DNA of 64,000 bases from Amphiscolops sp. MND2022. Taxonomy: Eukaryota. Location of the stretch: positions 46,934,001-46,998,000 of the forward strand of contig OZ076415.1 in assembly GCA_964187785.1 (NCBI GenBank), given 5' to 3'. Positions 55,678 to 64,000 of this stretch are shown piece by piece (position 1 is the stretch's first letter; the number at the start of each line of letters is the position of its first letter). The notes below the pieces were generated by a model. It saw only the letters and a program-made list of their open reading frames with translations, ran no database searches and was not told where the DNA came from. A program made the position numbers and the translations under genes.

Positions 55678-56339
55678 TCTCTCCAAAGAAGTAACCAAAA
55701 CTTCATAAGATTATAATTTAGAAAATCCGTGCAAAGCAGAACATAAAAGGCTGACGAATACTTCGAGTAAATTCATCATTTAGAGGATGGTAAGTGTGAA
55801 TTCGAGGGCAATCAGGCGTAACAATAGAATAAACAACGCACAGTTTTGGCCAATCAAAGGGATATACAAGTAACATACCTGAATTAATGCAAAATGTAAA
55901 TTTTGAGCAAAGTACTAAGTGGACTGGATTAACAGAACAAGTGTTGGCAATATCAAATTTATGCAGCCTCCAATGGTAAAAGAAGATACCAATATTTGCC
56001 CCATGCTAAGCAGGTCCAGTAGGAACCATAAAGACACCAAAAATGCCAATAGGGTCACAGGACAGGAAGTTCGAATTTTGCATGCCAGAAATTAAAAATC
56101 AGAAACTCAGCCCGCCTTTTTTCGAATAATAACTCGAAGAGGATTGTCAAGAGACAATCCAAAGCGGTTGTACATGATGCACCAGACATCTGGCATTGCA
56201 ACGATAAGAAAATTCTGGTTTCAATGTAAAAAGGGTCACTAAGCAGGAATTTCATGTATGCCGAACTTGATGTAAAATTCATAAAACTTGGAATGTGAGA
56301 GCCATAACTTGATGCCAACAATGATTGGATTCAACTGGA

Positions 56340-59300
56340 AAGCTGAAAAGGAGTGTGGCAGTCTAGCGGCAGCTTACGAAGCTTCACTACTGGTCGCACA
56401 AAAGTCGAATGTGGGGTCTTCACCTTGCAAACCCTGACAACGTCGTCATTGCTTGGATACTCATCAATGACTCTTCCAGTTTTCCATTGCAGGGGGCCTC
56501 ATTGTTGTCTACAAGCAGCACCAAATCGCCTATCCGCATCTTTGGACCGTCATCGGACCATTTGTTTCCAAATTGAAGGATCGTGAGATAACCTCTCCTC
56601 CAAGACTTCCAAAAATCACTTTGAAGCTTTTGGGTCAATTTGTATCTGAACATGATGCTGAGCTTTTCAATGTCTTCTTGAGGCAATGAGAGCATGGTAT
56701 CACCTATCAAGAAGTGGGCTGGTGTGAGGGCTGTAGGATCTGTCGGATCACTTGACAATGGAACTAGTGGTTTTGAATTTAGAATGGCTTCAATCCTGTT
56801 GATGACTGTGAGCAATTCTTTAATAACTGAGTCTTGCAAACCAATGACTCTTCTCATGTGCCTTTTCATGCTTTTGATTGCTGCCTCCCAGATTCCGCCA
56901 AAATGCGGAACATGGGGGTATTGTCAACCATTCGCATCCCTTCTGCATTGCGTAATTGGCAATTGAATGATTTGTGTCAGTCTTATCTAACAAAGCTTTT
57001 ATCTTGATCAAGTCGTTTCTGGCTCCTAGGAAATTGTTGCCACTGTCACTGTATATCTTCCCAGGTAATCCACGTCTTGCAACGAACCTTTGTCGACCCA
57101 GAATGCAGTCATCTTTAGTTAGACTTGACACTAATTCCATATGCACTGCCTTGGTACTCATGCATACGAACATTGAAATGTAGACTTTTTCCGTTTGTTA
57201 GTTGATGCCGAAAGGTCCTGCAAAATCAATTCCACAGCTTGCGAAAGGTCGAGGGCAAAACTCGTTCGTATTGAAGCGAAAACATGTGATACATTTTTTG
57301 ATGAAAGTGTTCACTACTGGTCTCGCATTGGTGATCCAAAACTCCTGTCTAATCGAGTTCAAGATTAGTAGTTCAAGGTTAGTAGCGTAGCTTCATGGAA
57401 TTTTCGGATGATAAGAGGAACTAATTTGGAATGCTTTGAGATCAGAGTTGGGAATTTTTTGTCTTCATGATAATTTGTCAATGCAAGGCTGCCTCCAACT
57501 CGTATGACATCGAATTCTTCATCAATGAATGGACTCAGATTGCGAAGTTTGGTGTTCTTGCCAATTACTTGATTATTTTTCAATTCAATATATTCAGATC
57601 CGAAATGTTTTTTTTCTGTTCTATGCGAAGTAGTAGAAACTTGGTCAATCGTTGATTCTTCGGATGTAAGTAATGTACACTTTTGATGTATCAGCAGAAA
57701 GGACGATAGAATAAACCGCATGATGATGGAGTACAAGTCATCTTGCACGACTGGGCCAACCATCATGGCATCATTTATGGACATTGTATTTGTCGTCTTG
57801 GCTGATCCAACAAAAACCACTCTCAATTTTCTGGTGGTAGAATCTTCCTTGAACATACAAAGCTTTGACCCGTGGGAGTTATCTCCTGTGCTGCAGGCAC
57901 TTCTTCTATGTGGTCCATGTTTTTGAACTTCTCTATGAATTCACTGTATTTTTTGTTAAGATCAGGCTTCTGACTGAGACGCCTTTGCAAGTAATCGAAT
58001 CGACGTTTAGCTTAATCAAAACTATCTCCTAGAACTACCTCGTCCTTGAAGAGTAGTCTTACAACGAAGCGATTTTGTTCAACCTTGAAATTTTGTTGGA
58101 AATGTTGTTCACACATTTCTTCTTCCTTGCTCCAGTGTTTGATTTTAGGAACTTCTTCTATTTCCCAAAACTTTTTCAGTCGTTCATCCAACGTGATGTG
58201 ACTAACATGAAATACATTGGAATGATTTATTGACCTCATGGGGACCTTGCCGCAAAGAACCCAGCCAAAACCGTTTTTCTGGCGAAGAGTTCATTCGAAA
58301 TTGTTCTTTTGTGATTATCCGTCATTTGTTCGATGATGTGTGCTCCTATGGTCAATTCCACTTCACCAGAATAAGCGAAGGTTGGATCAGCCAGTGGAAG
58401 ATCTTTGAGTTGCTTGTTATCCAAGCCTGTTATTCTTTGCGAAGGGAGCAGCTTAGTTACCTTTTCCAGAACAACAGCTGTTGTTTGAATGGGTCTTTGA
58501 TGAGATGATACAATTTCGAGATGGACGATACTTGCAGATCGGGTCAAAAAACCGGCCTCCAATTCCAGAGATCTCAACGTCTGCTTGCTTGGTCTTGAGT
58601 CCTAGGCACTTACGACATTTCTCTGATATACAGGTGAGTTGCGAACCACTATTCAGTATGGCACGGAAAGATAGAAACTTGTTAGAATCCGTTTTGATTT
58701 CTATTATTGCAGTTGGCAAAAGAGTGGAAGTAAACGAACTTCCTGCCTGAAGACCTTGAGTATTTTGAGACTTTGAAAGTAGGCTAGACGTGCCTTGTGG
58801 TCTATGCAACAGCGTGTGGTGTTGTTTTGGCAGGTGCGGCAAGTGGAGTTGGACTTACACTCACGCGATGAATGACCTACACGAAAACAATTGAAACACA
58901 ATTTTTTTCTTTGCAAATTTCGGATCTTTTCCCAATGTCTGGACCTTAAACGTAGAACAACAGAAAATCGGATGTTGCTCCGAGCACTGTGGACAAGTTT
59001 CTGGCTTGTGAGAACCGCTTGAGTACACTTGAGATGACTGCTTGGGTTGTTTGGCTACGTGGCCTTTGTTTGAAGTAGTTCGATCTTGACGATCTGACTG
59101 TACAGATTCCAAGGCCTGAGCGCGAGTAGTTATAAAAGCCCGAAGCTGACCCACGGTTTGAAGCGCTGTACCTGGATGCTCTAGCTCCCATTGTCTTCTG
59201 GACTCTTTGTCCAGTTTCTCGGCCAGAATTTTGACGAGAAGAAAATCACTCTTCCTCACATCTGCGTGGAATGCGCCAATTGCCATCAAATTTTCGTCAA

Positions 59301-59992
59301 AAGAGCTCAACAACTTGCGTAGATCTGCAGCAGACTCTTTTTCGATTGCTTTAAGCTTCAGGATGACGTCGACATGCGAATTGATGATCACTCTCGAAAG
59401 CGATCTCTCAATGATTTCAAAGCAACTGGATAGTTTGAGTTTGATAGTGGTCAATGAGCTACCAGTTTCAATGGTTCTCCTATGAAAGACAATTTCAGAT
59501 AGTTGAATTTCTGAATGTCGGGTAGTGTTGTATTACGATCCACTGATGCACAAAACTGTTCATGGAACGGTTACCACTCCTTGTGATTTCCATTGATATT
59601 GGGCAGATTAAATTTTGGCCTTTTGATTGTTGAAGTTATTGTAGAGGGTGTACTAACTGCTGGCGCAGCAAGAGCAACAGCTAATGCAGCATCAGGCTCA
59701 TCAAACGGAGAAAGGATTCGCTCAACTGCCTTCAAATGACATTGAATCCGCTCCTCAAATTCCTCAGCTAAGTTGATTTCCATTTCTTTATTGTCATTAG
59801 AGCATTTTTCGCGACCTTGAGAAACTGTGCGTCGTCAAGTCTTCTCTCTAGACGCTCTTGGAGAGCCCCCAAATAATCCACATCGGATTTTGATACGTCT
59901 GCTTTGTCTTTAGAGTCGATTGCTTCAACTCTTGCTCCATTTTTGTGATTGTTCCACTGATTGCTGAACGGGATCGTCGTAGAAATTCCCAT
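56340..59992 (-). pseudogene. BEL/Pao gag-pol remnants (gag with 3 Cys/His motifs, protease, truncated RT, integrase)
   Basis: Pao gag LVKILAEKLDKESRRQWE; CPQC/CFNC/CRTC motifs; protease RAILNSGSQ; RT LRVVFVGSAK...GPVVQDDL; IN VHMELVSSL, YSDSG, EAILNSKPL, LTPAHFLIG. Most of RT and RNase H is missing near 57700. Confidence 0.88.
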
Positions 59993-61493
59993 GACTTGCC
60001 TGCATGTGGATTAGATGCCATATTCTATTCTTCCCGGAGAGCGCTGGCACCAATAAGTGTTGAATTGTAAGTTTGGGAGAGCGTTTTATAAAAAAAGACT
60101 GAATTGAAGTTTATTAACATTACGTTTTTGCTTGAGATAAACTGTAGTTGATTTGAATGAAAAACACAATGAGGCAAAAAAGGTGGGAAAAATTACAAGC
60201 GTGAAAACATATTGACTAGCATGACTAACACGTTAGCACAGAATTCAACAGGTTACAAGCTTATTATGAATACAGAAATTCTTCATGTTTAGAAGTCTCA
60301 ACACGAATTGTATTTCGTTTTACTAAGGAGGAGGCGAGGTTTGAAAACAAGCGCTCCCATTTGTCTCATCACGCTATATCCGAACATTGAGACGTTATAC
60401 CCCCTTCAAAAAGCCCAAACGATGCCTCTTTTACAATTTTAAAAAGTTTTTTGAGCCTTAGATATAGCTCCGACATTTGACGTTCCCGTCTCGTTTTTTT
60501 TTGCAATTTCTGACATGCCAGTTGCTCATCAACAGTCTCTTCTCCTTTCAGAATCCAGACAATTCCATTTTCAAAGTTTTCACTAAGTCCTGAATAACAT
60601 TAAACCATCTTGTGAATCCCAATAGAATGAGTTAGACAGGTGTTTTTTTCGCAATTTCAGCAGCAATCTTTTTTGAGGCCTCAGTCACCAATCAGCGCGT
60701 CAACTTTTTAAATTAATTTATCCCGTTGATTCTTTTTTTTTCACTGCCAAAGAAAGCCGATGCGAATGACAACCCATGAGAGTATTTCACACAAACGGAC
60801 CATTGTCTTGTTAGATTCACAATTGTCAGCAAAAATCGCTACATTATCTGCAAAGTTTTTTTCCTATATCAGATATCATGGATCTTCGTCATCAATCAAG
60901 CGCCATGTGTATCATCATGTTGGGGGAAAAGACACACACCCGTGGTCTGCAACGAAAGTAGGGAACCCCATACCAGCCACTATCCCAGTAACAAAAAAAC
61001 AACAAACTACTCTTACTCTGCAAACTACTCTGCAAAACTGTTTTTGAAGTTGTCAAATCGACTTCAGTGAAATCGTAATGTTCTGCACTTTGTGAGGTTT
61101 CAACAAGAAGTGGTGAAAAAGCAAGTAGGGCTGTCTTATAGTCTCTGCTCGGGTGAGGATTACAGGCAACCACTACCGAGTAAGGGTTGCTTCCAGAGGT
61201 CCAGTCGCCAAACACAACAGAAAGACATTGCAGGAACTACCGGGATCTTTTCTTTTCAACTTTTGGAGCAGTCAAGTGAAAGTACGTTCCGAACGTGGTT
61301 CGTGAATTAATCTCTAGTTTGGTATATTTTCTCGTAAAATCACCGTCGAAAAACGAAAGCGGTTTCAAGTTCATTCAAACCCACTCAAGCCAACCATATA
61401 TCTTCTTGGATCTAAATATGTCTTCTTTTTCTCCCACCACTTCACTCCCAAATATCATTTTTTGCAAGCTTAAAGTATTACAAACATTCAAAC

Positions 61494-63812
61494 GGATGCC
61501 ACGAAACAGATCGAAAAAAACGGGTCGAAAAACGTCTGGTCGAAAAAGGTCGAAATAGAAAACACTAGAAAACTGATCGAATGAATCAGGCCGAACCTCC
61601 ATTTTTTCCGTGAAGCAATCGAATTTGCAGGCGAATTTGCTTAACTGCGACTAAACTTGTGCTTGATTTCAGGGCAGAGATGAATCCGGTTGTGGCGAAT
61701 GAGAATGATCACAACGCCGAAAATGCGCCAGCTTATCGGGTGATGGAAGGAGCATGCAAGGAGACCCAAGTTTATGTGAGCAAAGAAAATTATATATATT
61801 CTCGGGACAAATCTTACGGCATAACCTTTTATCTTCGCTGAGTGGATAATAGACATGGATGCCGTGGTACAGCCCAAACTGTAGATGGAATGTTTGCTCA
61901 TTGTCGGTAACACAATCACGAATCTGATCCGAGACAAGTAGAGAGAAGGGAGATGAAAGCGAGTTTGAAGCGAAGAGCGGAGACCACTAGAGACCCTCTT
62001 CGGGTTGTATATGACCAATAAGTGAAGGAGCGAGGCGGTATTGACGATGTTACTTACCGTGAAATGGAGCCAACAATGACCAAGCGGCGAAAGACAGTTC
62101 AAAAGGGTGTGCCCCAACTCTTAATGAGTTCATTAATGAGTTGCGGGATGAGCCAATATTTTGTTAAATCTGGAGACGAGTATGGTTTAATTTTCACATC
62201 AATTGAAGCATCTAATCTTCTCAATTCATCAGAAGAAGTTCATGTGGGTGCTACTTTTAAAGTGGTTCCGAGAGGATTTTATCAGCTACTTGTAATTTTG
62301 GTGTTCAGGATGGAACTGTTCTGCCGTGCGTGTTCATCTTGATGACTGCGAAAACAAGATTGCTTTACGATGAAAGTTTCAAGTTTGTCAGAACAATGTC
62401 CAGAACACAGCCGAAAACCATTGTTACAGACTTCGAGGTGGCGTTCCAGCATTCTCTGCATTTTATTTTCGCGGGCGCTGTTTCGCAGGGGTGTTTCTAA
62501 CACTTTTCTCAAGCTGTGTTTCGAAAAGCGCAAAAAAGTGGACTGGTTTCATATGCAAGCAGTTTTAAAGAACTCAAATAGTGGCTGCGTAAGTTTATGT
62601 GCCTAGCCCTTTTGCCGTCGGACTTGATTACTTCTTGTTACCAAACCAGACTACACCCTTCAAAATTATTCGAACAACATCGCAATCACTCAGGAGTCGT
62701 TCAACTCTGTGAACATTTTGAAAAAAAACTGGTTAAATCTAATTTGCCCCAAGCGTTTTACTGTTTTTGGAGCAAAAATGCGAACCAACGTGGCCGTAGA
62801 GTCATTCAATCGCTCTATTTCTAATCGACTTGGCATCAATCATCCAAACTTTTGGACTTTTTCTTGATCGTATTAGGATGATTATTCAAACTAATGACAG
62901 CGAAATTGCACAATCACAAAACGGAAGTGAAATTCGACGCCCGAAACTTCCAAAACATGTTGAAATAGAAAGACGAGTCAAAGCTGCCGAAACCTTGTTT
63001 TTATATGGTACCTTGAATGTTGACGCGTTTTTGACCAAGGCTTCGTTTCAACTTGAACAGTTGAACTTTAAGAGACAGTATAATGTGACTGATGAAGACC
63101 ACGAAATTCCTAACTCAAGCGCGTTGCCAGTTACCCGACGAATAGAAACTCGGACACAGTACCGGAATGATGAACTGGTCCCTCTGACCGAGTTTTGCCA
63201 AATGGGAGTTTTGACGAATACGTTACACTGATGAAGCCTCAGATGGGGACGATTTCGTTGGAGGTCACAGTCGGGCATCTATTGAATCTGCCATTATGAA
63301 TAGTCGTCGCCAACTCTCTGTCCTAACCGGTATACCTCAAAATTTGGTTCATAAAATTAATAAATTCAACATCAACTCATTATCACAATCGATTCACAAT
63401 CAATTTCCTATTTATTGTGTGATAACTCACAAATCATGATGTTAATTTAGGCATTTCAAATTTATATTTATAAGCCATGACGTTAAACTTTAAATTTCGG
63501 CGTTACATGTTCTTAAACTGCCGCCCATCTTGTTAATTTAATCGTAAATTTTGTCACTGAAATGAATATCAAAGAGCAGTTTCACGTAATTTTGAAGCTG
63601 TTTGTTACAACTGGTTAGATTTAAAGTTTATTAATTAAATTTCGTTTTTTAGAGATTTTAGCTTTTTTCAATCGGATTCGTCAAATTTGGTTTCGATTGG
63701 TTGCATACTTTTCCGCTATCTAGATCAAAAAGTTTCGATCGGATGACATCGTTCAGATTCCTTGGACCGCAAATTTCTCGATCGTTTTTTTTCGACCTGT
63801 TTCAGGTCACCC
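61494..63812 (+). mobile_element. MULE/Mutator DNA transposon (2,319 bp)
   Basis: Imperfect TIRs GGATGCCACGAAACAGATCG and revcomp GGGTGACCTGAAACAGGTCG with TCGAAAAA subterminal repeats; 9-bp TSD CATTCAAAC (61485-61493 and 63813-63821). Confidence 0.85.
61680..63231 (+). pseudogene. MULE transposase with FLYWCH-like N-terminus, many stops and frameshifts
   Basis: NYIYSRDK...FYLR...GCRG...HNH (FLYWCH-like); ATFKVVPRGFYQL; IVTDFE; WFH. Confidence 0.8.
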
Positions 63813-64000
63813 CATTCAAACGAAGTGCCTTTGCATCGCTTCTACTGTTTGAACTCAATTCGACCTTCGAGCACAAATGTTGTGATAAACTTAATAACTA
63901 GTTTCCGAGAAACATGGCTTCTACTAGAATGGCATCATCCAGTCAAGATGAAGATGAGGGCTCGTCACACCTGATTGAATGTACAGGAAAAGTGCAGAAC

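Larger units (their letters stand above)
54370..60303 (-). mobile_element. BEL/Pao LTR retrotransposon (5,934 bp), internally deleted, with antisense cargo gene
   Basis: LTRs 54370-54613 and 60058-60303 (TG...CA; about 14 substitutions and a 2-bp indel, about 94%); 5-bp TSD CGAAT; PBS-like TGGTGCCAGCGC at 60041-60052. Confidence 0.92.

Noticed and set aside
60900-64000. Possible hAT dimerisation-domain remnant split by the MULE (…TTSLPNIIFCKLKVLQTFK|RSAF…)
   Set aside because: The resemblance is weak and too decayed to support a call.

Overview
AT-rich, transposon-dense window from an animal-type eukaryotic genome; the taxon cannot be established from the sequence. One host gene is clearly supported: a 3-exon CYFIP/Sra-1 on the minus strand (11301->4736, about 1284 aa, one GC-AG intron). 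Most of the rest is nested transposons. (1) A 14.3-kb Ty3/Gypsy element (13934-28195, TSD AATAG) sits inside a decayed LINE. It carries gag, a -1 frameshifted pol ending in a TARG1/OARD1-like macrodomain, several antisense accessory ORFs, and a class-I-fusion-like env. (2) An 18.8-kb Gypsy element (32148-50917) has a pol ending in two degenerate macro-like domains, followed by a ~1300-aa ORF3 with an SGNH-like segment. It interrupts an otherwise open hAT transposase (element 30937-52156), which itself sits at the end of an older hAT. (3) An internally deleted BEL/Pao element (54370-60303, TSD CGAAT) carries, antisense and apparently with an intron, a degenerated JmjC 2OG-Fe(II) oxygenase gene. 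There is also a MULE transposon (61494-63812) and several MITEs. The most notable signal is the cargo of the LTR elements: predicted enzymes that remove or add protein modifications (macrodomains, JmjC), which may act in counter-defence. All domain calls were made by eye from motifs; no database searches were run.
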